This document shows positions 35,093-43,949 of a stretch of 64,000 nucleotides of DNA, piece by piece. Source of the DNA: Candidatus Falkowbacteria bacterium (lineage in GTDB: Bacteria > Patescibacteriota > Patescibacteriia > Patescibacteriales > UBA12465); contig JBAXLJ010000001.1 in assembly GCA_037134915.1 (NCBI GenBank), positions 37,484-101,483 on the forward strand. Direction: 5' to 3'. Position numbers and translations under genes: made by a program. How positions within the stretch are numbered: the stretch's first letter is position 1; each line of letters opens with the position of its first letter. The notes beneath the pieces were generated by a model. It had not been told where the DNA came from and made no database searches. It was given only the letters and a program-made list of their open reading frames with translations.

Positions 35093-36754
35093 ATGCCAGA
35101 AGCAATAATGGATTTAATTAAATATTGGCACAATCGCGTGAAAACACGAGATGATTTAGCTGAGGCTAAACGAGAAATATCCAAGAAATACAAAATTGGT
35201 TCTCTTTTGAATTCGCAAATACTAGAAGTTTATCGAGAACTTAATAAGAAAAATCAATTACCTCGTGGTTTTGATAAAAATCTTTGGGAAGGATTACTTC
35301 GTAAACGCTCAATTCGGACTTTATCCGGTATTGCTCCGGTGGCCGTTTTAACTAAGCCTTATCCTTGTCCGGGAAACTGTGCTTATTGCCCTAACGAGCC
35401 CAACATGCCCGTTTCTTATTTACCAAACGAGCCAGCGGTGATGCGGGCGGTTAAGTGTAACTTTGATCCTTATAAACAGACCGTGCTTCGTCTCAACTCA
35501 CTAGAGAATAATGGACACGAACCAAATAAAATTGAAATTATTGTTATTGGCGGCACTTGGAGTTATTTACCCGATAGATATCAATATTGGTATATCTTAA
35601 ATTGTTTTCGAGCGGCTAATGATTTTACCAAACTGCGCCAGAATGAAAGCATCGGTTCTTATTTAGAATCCGACGGGGACTCAAAACTACAAATTTTAAA
35701 ATCAGTAATTGGTAAAGTAATTTCACCATATCCGAAATCAATGACAATAGCTGATTTAAAAATCGCACTAGCTAAGGAACAGAAAAAAAATGAAACTGCG
35801 CAATATAAAATTATTGGTTTAACACTCGAGACTCGCCCAGATTATATTAATGAAAAAGAATTACGCCAAATGCGCGAACTAGGATGCACTCGGGTAGAAA
35901 TTGGCGTCCAAGCTCCAGATGATGAAATACTTAAAATAAATAATCGTGGACATAACGTCGCCGAAATTGCTCGAGCCACTAAAGAGCTTCGTAATTTTGG
36001 TTTTAAAATTACTTATCACATCATGCCCGCTCTTCCTGGTTCAACACCAAAGAGAGATTTGGAAATGTATAAAATGTTGTTTACGGATGAGCGTTTTCAA
36101 CCAGATCAAATTAAATTTTATCCAACGGTAGTCACTCAAGGCAGTTTATTGTATCGTTGGTGGAAAGCCGGAAAATATAGACCATACACAGATATCGAAC
36201 TTCAAGAATTAATTGTTGATTGTAAAAACTTTACACCGAAATATGTTCGCATTATTAGATTAATCAGAGATATTCCGGGTGAGTCAATTTTAGCGGGTAA
36301 TAAAATTACTAATTTGCGTCAGATAATGCAGCAACGTGGGGTTAAGTGTGATTGTATTCGTTGTCGTGAATCTAAAGAGACCGCTTACGTTAAAGATTTT
36401 AAAATTAACGTGCAGCAATATGCGGCGGGCGGCGGCACCGAATATTTTATTAGTGCCGATAGTTCCGATGATAAGACTTTATACGGCTTTTGTCGTTTAA
36501 GAATGAGTGAGGCCAGTTTAATTGCACCGGCCATGATTCGTGAGCTTCATGTTTACGGACAACTAATGCCAGTCGGTGGTGGTAAAAAAACCCAACACCG
36601 AGGACTAGGTAAAATATTGTTAGCAGAAGCGGAAAAAATCGCTAAAGAATTAGGTGTTAAAAAAATGGCGATTATTTCTGGAGTTGGTGTTCGTGATTAT
36701 TATCGTAAGACCGATTATAAGTTGAAAGGTAGTTATATGGTTAAAAATTTGTAA
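35093..36754 (+). CDS. elp3: Elp3-type radical SAM / GNAT acetyltransferase (tRNA wobble-uridine carboxymethylation enzyme homolog)
   Basis: Radical-SAM cluster motif PCPGNCAYCP, TIM-barrel region TLETRPDY...CTRVEIGVQ, and a C-terminal GNAT motif QHRGLGKILLAEAEKIA. 553 aa. Confidence 0.8.
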   Translation: MPEAIMDLIKYWHNRVKTRDDLAEAKREISKKYKIGSLLNSQILEVYRELNKKNQLPRGFDKNLWEGLLRKRSIRTLSGIAPVAVLTKPYPCPGNCAYCPNEPNMPVSYLPNEPAVMRAVKCNFDPYKQTVLRLNSLENNGHEPNKIEIIVIGGTWSYLPDRYQYWYILNCFRAANDFTKLRQNESIGSYLESDGDSKLQILKSVIGKVISPYPKSMTIADLKIALAKEQKKNETAQYKIIGLTLETRPDYINEKELRQMRELGCTRVEIGVQAPDDEILKINNRGHNVAEIARATKELRNFGFKITYHIMPALPGSTPKRDLEMYKMLFTDERFQPDQIKFYPTVVTQGSLLYRWWKAGKYRPYTDIELQELIVDCKNFTPKYVRIIRLIRDIPGESILAGNKITNLRQIMQQRGVKCDCIRCRESKETAYVKDFKINVQQYAAGGGTEYFISADSSDDKTLYGFCRLRMSEASLIAPAMIRELHVYGQLMPVGGGKKTQHRGLGKILLAEAEKIAKELGVKKMAIISGVGVRDYYRKTDYKLKGSYMVKNL

Positions 36755-36807
36755 TTTTTGACAAAAAACCCTTCCTAAACTATCATAATTAGGCAATAAA
36801 TAAACAT

Positions 36808-38052
36808 ATGAAATACGAATTTTTGCCATCTCAAGACCCAAAACTTTGGGAATATATCAGTGAAGAAAGTGCTCGTCAGGAAAACGAAATTGAGCTCATT
36901 GCTTCAGAAAATTACGTTTCCCCGGCGGTTTTAGAGGCTATGGCCACGGTACTGACTAATAAATATAGTGAAGGCTATAGCGGTCATCGTTATTACGGTG
37001 GCAATCAAGTGGTGGATAAGGTTGAAAGCCTAGCCATTAGTCGTGTTAAAGAGCTATTTGGAGCGGAGCATGTTAATGTTCAACCGCTTTCCGGTTCACC
37101 GGCTAACGCGGCCGTTTATATGGCCTTCTTAGAACCAGGAGATAAAGTTTTAGGTCTTCGTTTGGATCATGGTGGACACCTGTCTCACGGTCATAGTGTT
37201 AATTTTTCTGGTCGTTTGTATAACTTTGTTCAGTATGGTGTAAATGAAAAAACGGGAGTTATTGATATGGAGGAAGTGCGTCGCATTGCAATTGCCGAAA
37301 AACCAAAAATGATTGTGGCCGGTTTCTCCGCTTATTCACGAGAAGTTGATTGGCAAAAATTTAAGGAAATTGCCGATGAAGTTGGTGCTTTTACTTTTGC
37401 TGATATAGCTCATATCGCTGGACTAGTGGCGGCCGGGATTGTTAGCTCACCAGTTCCTTATTTTGATGTTATTTCCACTACCACTCATAAAACTTTACGC
37501 GGTCCACGTGGGGCGATTATAATGTGCAAGGAAAAGTTTGCTAAACAAATTGATCGGGCGGTTTTTCCTGGGATGCAAGGCGGCCCCCATGATCACATTA
37601 CCGCCGCTAAAGCCGTCGCTTTCGGCGAAGCTTTAAAGCCAGAGTTTAAAGATTATTCTAAACAAGTGATTACTAATGCTCAATCACTAGCTAAAGCCTT
37701 GACTGACAAAGGCTATACCATAGTTTCCGGGGGCACCGATAATCATTTGATGGTGGTTGATTTAAATAGTAAAAAATTGGTTGGTAAAGAGGCTGAAGTG
37801 GCCTTGGAAAGTATTGGTATTTCGGTCTCGCGTTCAACAATCCCCAACGACCCTAATCCGCCAATGAATCCGTCCGGAATTAGAATCGGTACTCCAGCGG
37901 TTACTACTCGTGGAATGAAAGAAGCGGAGATGGATATTTTAGCGTCTCTAATTGATCGCGCTTTAACTAATAAAGATAACGCCGAGGCTCTTGCGGCCTT
38001 AAAACAAGAAGTAAAAACTCTGTGTCAACATTTTCCAATTTATAAAAAATAA
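36808..38052 (+). CDS. glyA: Serine hydroxymethyltransferase
   Basis: Motifs ELIASENY, YSEGYSGHRYYGG and the PLP-lysine region TTTHKTLRGPRG. Confidence 0.95.
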   Translation: MKYEFLPSQDPKLWEYISEESARQENEIELIASENYVSPAVLEAMATVLTNKYSEGYSGHRYYGGNQVVDKVESLAISRVKELFGAEHVNVQPLSGSPANAAVYMAFLEPGDKVLGLRLDHGGHLSHGHSVNFSGRLYNFVQYGVNEKTGVIDMEEVRRIAIAEKPKMIVAGFSAYSREVDWQKFKEIADEVGAFTFADIAHIAGLVAAGIVSSPVPYFDVISTTTHKTLRGPRGAIIMCKEKFAKQIDRAVFPGMQGGPHDHITAAKAVAFGEALKPEFKDYSKQVITNAQSLAKALTDKGYTIVSGGTDNHLMVVDLNSKKLVGKEAEVALESIGISVSRSTIPNDPNPPMNPSGIRIGTPAVTTRGMKEAEMDILASLIDRALTNKDNAEALAALKQEVKTLCQHFPIYKK

Positions 38053-38056
38053 AAAC

Positions 38057-38890
38057 ATGAATATAATTGATGGTCGCGCTTTAGCCGAGAAGATAAAAGA
38101 TGATATTGCTTTAGAAGTTTTTGAGGCCGTAAAAAATGGTGAAACTCATCCGAGTTTGGCGATTGTTTTAGTTGGCACTCGCCCTGACTCCAAGCTCTAT
38201 GTCTCCTTAAAAGAACGGGAGGCTAAAAAACTAGGGATTGATACTTATCTTTATGAACTTGACGAAGCCGTTAGCGAATTAGAGCTAACTCAAACCATTG
38301 AATTTTTAAATAAGGATAACTCCATTGATTCAATTTTGGTTCAACTTCCTCTGCCAGAAAATTTTGATACTGATAAAATAATGTCAAAGCTTGACCCCAA
38401 AAAGGATGCGGATGGGTTTTTAGAAAATCACCCCAAAAATGTTATGTCTCCTGTTCTTGCAGCCATAAAATTAATGCTAGAAAACACTAAGATAACAGCT
38501 ACCAAATTAACGGCCGGAGCCCTCTATAATTCAGAAGTCTTTGGCGGGGCCCTAAAAAAAATATTAACTGATTTTGGTTTTAAAGAAGTCATCGGAATTA
38601 CCGGCAAGAAAGCTGGTGAGGTTAAAGATATTTCTTCTCGAGTCGATGTTTTAATTACAGCCATTGGTGTCCCCCTATTTATAAAAGATAACATGATTAA
38701 AGACCAAGCAGTTATTATTGATGTTGGTACGACTAGGGTTGGCACTAAAGTCTGCGGCGATGTTGATTTTGATAGCGTTAAAGATAAGGTTTCTTTTATT
38801 TCACCAGTTCCGGGTGGAATTGGGCCGATGACAATCGCCTTCCTGTTTAAAAATGTCCTCAGTATTTATAAAAATAAAAAAACCGCCTAA
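38057..38890 (+). CDS. folD: Bifunctional methylenetetrahydrofolate dehydrogenase/cyclohydrolase
   Basis: Motifs IIDGRALAEKI, LAIVLVGTRPDSKLYV and PVPGGIGPMT. Confidence 0.9.
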   Translation: MNIIDGRALAEKIKDDIALEVFEAVKNGETHPSLAIVLVGTRPDSKLYVSLKEREAKKLGIDTYLYELDEAVSELELTQTIEFLNKDNSIDSILVQLPLPENFDTDKIMSKLDPKKDADGFLENHPKNVMSPVLAAIKLMLENTKITATKLTAGALYNSEVFGGALKKILTDFGFKEVIGITGKKAGEVKDISSRVDVLITAIGVPLFIKDNMIKDQAVIIDVGTTRVGTKVCGDVDFDSVKDKVSFISPVPGGIGPMTIAFLFKNVLSIYKNKKTA

Positions 38891-38914
38891 ACGCGGTTTT
38901 AAACTATAACCGTC

Positions 38915-40693
38915 ATGCCGCACCGCAAAAAACAATTACTAGACCTACTTAAAATTCATTTTGGTTATGAGTCTTTTAGACCGGGTCAAGAAGAGGCTAT
39001 TGATCATATTTTAGCCGGCCATGATACGGTGGTAATTTTGCCTACAGGCGGTGGTAAATCCATGATTTATCAGTTGCCGGCCTTAATCTTTGAGGGTATT
39101 ACCCTGGTGGTTTCACCATTAATTGCTTTAATGAAGGACCAAGTTGATTCTTTAGATAAAGTTGGTATTCCTTCAACGTTTATTAACTCTTCTCTGTCGC
39201 CACAAGACAGCGAAGAAAGACTCAGAAAGATTAAGGCGGGTTATTATAAGATAGTTTATATTGCTCCGGAGCGTTTTTACAATGCTGTTTTTATGAGTGA
39301 TCTTAAGGGGCTAAAAGTTAATTTATTTGCCATTGATGAGGCTCATTGTATTTCTCAGTGGGGGCATGATTTCCGTCCCAGTTATATGCGCCTCAAAGAT
39401 GTAGTAAAAACGATTGGCTCACCGATTGTAGTGGCCTTAACCGCCACTGCCACCCCGGAGGTACGTGAAGATATTTCCAAACAACTAAATTTAGCTGATC
39501 CTAAATATGTAATTTCTGGTTTCGCGCGCCCTAATTTACAATTAGCGGTTGTGCAAGCTAGTAATGGACAAAAAACTCAACATATTTTAGACGCTTTGGA
39601 TAATAATAATTTAGGTTCAGGAATAATTTATGTTGGCACTAGGTCTAAAGCGGATGAGTTGGCTGAACTTCTAATAGAAAGAAATATCAAGGCGGTTGTT
39701 TATCACGCCGGCATGGATGCTAGTAGCCGTGATTGGGTGCAAGACAGTTTTATGAAAGGCGAAGCCCAGGTGGTAATCGCCACTAATGCTTTTGGTTTAG
39801 GAATCAATAAAAAAGATATTCGTTTTGTAATTCATCATGATTTGCCGGGAACAATCGAGGCTTATTATCAAGAAGCGGGCCGAGCGGGCCGTGATGGAAA
39901 AACTAGTTTTTGTTTATTATTTTATTCCCCCCAAGATAGATACTTAAGAGAATTTTTTATTAAGGGTGATAATCCGTCACCAAATATTATTATAGAGATT
40001 TATGAGCTGTTAGCTGATTGGTCAGATCGCAATGAAGAAATTGGTCAAGAAACGGTTTTAGTTACTTACTCAGAAATTATTCAGAATTTATCGGAACGCG
40101 TACCCGAAATGGCAGTTGGTACCGCTCTTAAAATTTTAGAAAAAGAAGGTTATCTATCGAGACCAAACGAAAAAAATTCTAATGCTTATTTAAAAGCCAA
40201 GGCCGATGTAGCGGCGATGTTTGAAGCATCGGGTAAAAGAGCTAAGGTGCAAATTGAAGTTATCAGTCTGTTGTTTGAAAAATTTGCTAAAGAATTTGCC
40301 GCCGGTTGGGAAATAAATTTGGAAGACGCTTCTTTAGTGATGGGAATTAAAAAAGATTCGCTTCAAAGAACTATTAAAAAATTAGTTGAAAAGGATTTAG
40401 TGGAATATCGCCCGCCTTTTCGGGGAACTGAGATTAAAATTTTAAAACGAGTCCGCTCGGAGGAGTTGAATCTGGATTTTAAATCACTTAAAAATAAAGC
40501 CGATAGGGCTTATGAGAAGTTAGATGAGATGGAGCAATATGTTTATCAAATTGGTTGTCGCCAACAGTATATTTTAAAATATTTTGGCGATCACGAGGCT
40601 AAAGACTGTGGCACTTGCGATAATTGTTTAAAACTTAAAAAAGTTAAAGAGGCTGGTGGTAAAGATTATCGTTATAAACAATATCTAGATTAA
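38915..40693 (+). CDS. recQ: ATP-dependent DNA helicase RecQ
   Basis: Motifs FGYESFRPGQEEAI, PTGGGKS, DEAHCISQWGHDFRPSY and QEAGRAGRDG, with Zn-binding cysteines near the C-terminus. Confidence 0.92.
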   Translation: MPHRKKQLLDLLKIHFGYESFRPGQEEAIDHILAGHDTVVILPTGGGKSMIYQLPALIFEGITLVVSPLIALMKDQVDSLDKVGIPSTFINSSLSPQDSEERLRKIKAGYYKIVYIAPERFYNAVFMSDLKGLKVNLFAIDEAHCISQWGHDFRPSYMRLKDVVKTIGSPIVVALTATATPEVREDISKQLNLADPKYVISGFARPNLQLAVVQASNGQKTQHILDALDNNNLGSGIIYVGTRSKADELAELLIERNIKAVVYHAGMDASSRDWVQDSFMKGEAQVVIATNAFGLGINKKDIRFVIHHDLPGTIEAYYQEAGRAGRDGKTSFCLLFYSPQDRYLREFFIKGDNPSPNIIIEIYELLADWSDRNEEIGQETVLVTYSEIIQNLSERVPEMAVGTALKILEKEGYLSRPNEKNSNAYLKAKADVAAMFEASGKRAKVQIEVISLLFEKFAKEFAAGWEINLEDASLVMGIKKDSLQRTIKKLVEKDLVEYRPPFRGTEIKILKRVRSEELNLDFKSLKNKADRAYEKLDEMEQYVYQIGCRQQYILKYFGDHEAKDCGTCDNCLKLKKVKEAGGKDYRYKQYLD

Positions 40694-40694
40694 A

Positions 40695-41393
40695 ATGAAA
40701 AAATCAGTTCAAATTAAATTATTACAAATAGTCCAGGACAATTACCGAGAAATTGCGGCGCAGTTTGATGCGACTAGAAAAAAATATATCTGGCCGGAAC
40801 TAAGCAGAGTCCTTGGCGGTTTAGAAGATGGTGACAGCATTTTAGATGTCGGTTGCGGTAACGGCCGGCTTTTGGAAAATTTAAAAAACAAAAAACTTTT
40901 TTATTTAGGCGTTGATAGCAGTAAAGAGTTAATTGAACTGGCTAAAATTAATTATCCAGGCTCAGATTTTAAAGTAGCTGATATTTTGGAATTAAATAAA
41001 ACCATTTCCAAAAAATTTAATCTAGTTATCTCAGTCGCCGTTTTACATCATTTGCCCAGTCAGAAATTGCGGCTGCAAGCTTTAGAACAATTGAAATTTT
41101 TAGCAGCGCCGCACGGGCAAATAATTTTTAGTGTTTGGCGTCTGTGGGATAATAAAAAATATCGAAGATATTTATTTAAGAATATTTGGCAAAAGATTAT
41201 TTTTAAAAGTGGTTTAGATTTCGGCGATTTGCTGTTTCCTTGGAAAAATAATCAAGGGGAGGCAATTAGTGAAAGATATTATCATGCTTTTACTAAAAGT
41301 GGCCTTCGGAGATTACTTAAGGCTGCTAAATTCCGCCACTACAAACTATATAGTGATCAGCATAATTATTGGGTTGTTATTGACACCCCATAG
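40695..41393 (+). CDS. Trm9/ALKBH8-like class I SAM-dependent methyltransferase
   Basis: YREIAAQFDATRKKYIWPEL, LDVGCGNGRLL, ISVAVLHHLPS, FPW, ERYYHAFT and NYWVVI parallel the ordered Trm9 motifs (IAPHFSxTRYKPWP, DVGCGNGKYL, ISIAVVHH, VPW, RYYHLY, NWWVV). Starts 1 nt after the recQ stop. Confidence 0.65.
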   Translation: MKKSVQIKLLQIVQDNYREIAAQFDATRKKYIWPELSRVLGGLEDGDSILDVGCGNGRLLENLKNKKLFYLGVDSSKELIELAKINYPGSDFKVADILELNKTISKKFNLVISVAVLHHLPSQKLRLQALEQLKFLAAPHGQIIFSVWRLWDNKKYRRYLFKNIWQKIIFKSGLDFGDLLFPWKNNQGEAISERYYHAFTKSGLRRLLKAAKFRHYKLYSDQHNYWVVIDTP

Positions 41394-41418
41394 GGGTATA
41401 TGCTAAGATCTTAACAAT

Positions 41419-41655
41419 ATGAAAACAACCGAACAAAGAATCAATAATATTATTGGCCAGCTCGAGGGCGTTAAAAAAATGTTGAATGATGAAGGTAAGG
41501 ATTGTCTGACGGTAATTGTTCAATTTAAGGCGGCTAAGTCGGCTATTTCTTCTTTAATGAACAAGCTACTAGAAGAGGAAATGGATAGTTGTTTTCTAAA
41601 GAAGAATAAACAGCCAGAAAAAATTTCTAAACTATTTAAAGAAATAATTAAATAA
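41419..41655 (+). CDS. CsoR/RcnR/FrmR-family (DUF156) metal- or stress-sensing repressor
   Basis: 78 aa. RINNIIGQLEGVKKML...DCLTVIVQFKAAKSAISSL...C. The usual His ligand seems to be missing. Confidence 0.7.
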   Translation: MKTTEQRINNIIGQLEGVKKMLNDEGKDCLTVIVQFKAAKSAISSLMNKLLEEEMDSCFLKKNKQPEKISKLFKEIIK

Positions 41656-41662
41656 TAATTTT

Positions 41663-41992
41663 ATGTCACAAGCGCAAGATGTAAACAAAAATAATTTTGA
41701 AAGTGAAGTTTTAAAAAGTGAGATTCCGGTTTTGGTGGATTTTTGGGCTCCTTGGTGTGGTCCCTGCCGAATGATGGCGCCAATTCTAGACGAGTTATCA
41801 GCTGAGCTAGCGGGTAAGTTAAAAATCGTCAAAGTAAACACCGAAGAATCAGAGAACCAAGAATTAGCTATTAAATATGAGATCCAAAGTATCCCTAATA
41901 TGAAACTTTTCAAAGGGGGTGTGATTATTGGCGAATTTATCGGATTAAGAAATAAAGAAAGTTTAAAGGATGAGTTAGCCGCTTTATTATAA
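41663..41992 (+). CDS. trxA: Thioredoxin
   Basis: Active-site motif WAPWCGPC. 109 aa. Confidence 0.93.
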   Translation: MSQAQDVNKNNFESEVLKSEIPVLVDFWAPWCGPCRMMAPILDELSAELAGKLKIVKVNTEESENQELAIKYEIQSIPNMKLFKGGVIIGEFIGLRNKESLKDELAALL

Positions 41993-42017
41993 TAGTTGTA
42001 AATAGTGTGTATTTATT

Positions 42018-42079
42018 AGGAGGCCAAACTGGTCTCCTTTTTTATAAAAAAAACAGAGCCGTTTAAGCTCTGTTTTTTA
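42018..42079. terminator. Pair of back-to-back intrinsic terminators between convergent genes
   Basis: AGGAGGCCaaacTGGTCTCCTttttt, then aaaaaaaaCAGAGCcgtttaaGCTCTGtttttt. Confidence 0.7.
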
Positions 42080-42103
42080 TCTCTATTTAAATCCTATAAA
42101 TCT

Positions 42104-43099
42104 TTATTGTCCACAACCGGCAGCAGCACTTCCGCTGGCCGCTGTACCTTCACCGAATCCAGGAGCTGGAGAGGCGGATGACAAGGTTGTTTCACATTCT
42201 TTTGGTTGGGTAGTGAAAGCGGAACAAATAGCCTTTAATAAGCTAGCACTATCTCGGCCGCTAGAAACGTCTTTACCGTTAATGATTAAAGTTGGTGAAC
42301 CGGCAACGCTATACTTGGTATTATCAGCTTTGTTAGTATCAAAACCAGGGAAGGTTCCTTGATAGCCGATATTATTTTTAGCATTAGCCGTGACACTAAA
42401 CTCAGCATCAGTTTTTGCTACACAGGCATTGTTTTTGTTAACATCAACGCCAGCGCTAGTTAAACACGAAGCACTGTCGCTAGCTTTTAAGAAACAAGTT
42501 AGATAATCATTAAACTTAGATCTTTGTTCTTTTTGAATACAATATTGAACTAAATTTTCTTTTAATTCTTTATCGCCGTGCATGGAGTAGTCAACAAACT
42601 TTAATTCATAATCAATCTTATTACCTAAAGCTTTAAGAGCTGGCAAAATTCCTTTTTCGATTTGAGTACCATATGGGCAGTAGCTCATGACAAACAATTC
42701 AACTTTTGGTTTGTCATTTTTTGGGACATCGACTGGTGCGCTAGCGGCGGCGTTTGATCCGGCGCTATTGGTTGCTGCGGTCTTGGAAGCTTCATCCATG
42801 TTTAAAGCTTGAGGAAAGAAAAGTGCGCCATCACGAGAAATGTAAGAATCTACTTTTTGGTCAGAGCCAATGTTAACCTTAACCTTATAAAGACCATAAG
42901 CCTCGGTAACTTCGGAGATAGTGGCTTTAGAGCCGCTCTGCATTAAATAAGTATTAATGTAATTTTCTGCTTTTAGCTTTGCCATTTCTGGCTTGATAAC
43001 ACCCTTATTTTTATATAAGGAAATTCCTAGAACAACGGCCACTATCAGGACTACCGCCACTAGTGCCACTGAACCAAAAATGATTCTCTTTTTTTTCAT
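42104..43099 (-). CDS. Membrane-anchored thioredoxin-fold (DsbA-like) protein with an N-terminal extra domain
   Basis: N-terminal TM anchor. A CPYG redox-like motif occurs in VMSYCPYGTQIEK. An Ala/Ser-rich linker is present, and the protein ends in AAGCGQ. Confidence 0.6.
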   Translation of the reverse strand: MKKKRIIFGSVALVAVVLIVAVVLGISLYKNKGVIKPEMAKLKAENYINTYLMQSGSKATISEVTEAYGLYKVKVNIGSDQKVDSYISRDGALFFPQALNMDEASKTAATNSAGSNAAASAPVDVPKNDKPKVELFVMSYCPYGTQIEKGILPALKALGNKIDYELKFVDYSMHGDKELKENLVQYCIQKEQRSKFNDYLTCFLKASDSASCLTSAGVDVNKNNACVAKTDAEFSVTANAKNNIGYQGTFPGFDTNKADNTKYSVAGSPTLIINGKDVSSGRDSASLLKAICSAFTTQPKECETTLSSASPAPGFGEGTAASGSAAAGCGQ

Positions 43100-43174
43100 A
43101 GGTTTTTAAAATTAATTTTTTTTAATTCTTTATTATTATAGCGGAAACGCCTATCTCCGTCAAAGGTAGTTTGG

Positions 43175-43945
43175 TTATTTTGTCTTTTCTAAAAAAGTCT
43201 CTAAGTCGTTGGGTAAATCAAGATTAAACTTCTGCTTCTCGCCATTTAAATCTTTAAAATTAAGTTCATAGGCAACCAAAAAAATTCGGCCTAAATTAAC
43301 TTTTTGATTTTTTACTTTAGTTTTTTTAGTAAAATACAAAGGGTCTCCCAGCAAGGGGTGCCCGTAGGCGTAAAAATGAACTCGAATTTGATGGGTGCGG
43401 CCAGTTTTTATTTTAACATCTAATAAAGTGTAGTTAATATATTTCTTAATAACACTGAATTCAGTAATTGCTTCTTTTGACTCATCTTGAGCCTTTAGGG
43501 TTCCGCGATCACGATTGTTCGGTTTATTTTTATCGCTAATAGTTTCGGAACCAACTGGCAGAGCCGCCATTTTGTAACCATCTCGAGCCCGCCTTATGGG
43601 GAAATTTATGACGTCCTCGTCTTTGCTTATTTGTCCGTGGGCTAAAGCTAAATATTTTTTGGTTATATGTCGATTTTGGAATTGCTTCTTAAAGTAATTA
43701 AAAGCTTTTTGATTTTTGGCAATAATCATTAAGCCGCTCGCTTCTTTATCAAGACGGTGGACAATTCCAGGGCGCAGCGGGTCTTCACCGACTGATTCGA
43801 TTTCTGGGTAAGCAAATCTTAACCAGTCTGTTAAAACCTCTTCATTTATTCCCGGGCCACCATGAACAATGAGTCCGGCCGGCTTATTAATAATCAGATA
43901 GTCATCATTTTCAAAAATAACAATTTTCTTTAATTTTTTTTCCAT
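43175..43945 (-). CDS. RluA-family pseudouridine synthase
   Basis: Catalytic motif HRLDKEASGLM and GRTHQIRVH. Confidence 0.88.
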   Translation of the reverse strand: MEKKLKKIVIFENDDYLIINKPAGLIVHGGPGINEEVLTDWLRFAYPEIESVGEDPLRPGIVHRLDKEASGLMIIAKNQKAFNYFKKQFQNRHITKKYLALAHGQISKDEDVINFPIRRARDGYKMAALPVGSETISDKNKPNNRDRGTLKAQDESKEAITEFSVIKKYINYTLLDVKIKTGRTHQIRVHFYAYGHPLLGDPLYFTKKTKVKNQKVNLGRIFLVAYELNFKDLNGEKQKFNLDLPNDLETFLEKTK

Positions 43946-43949
43946 ATAT

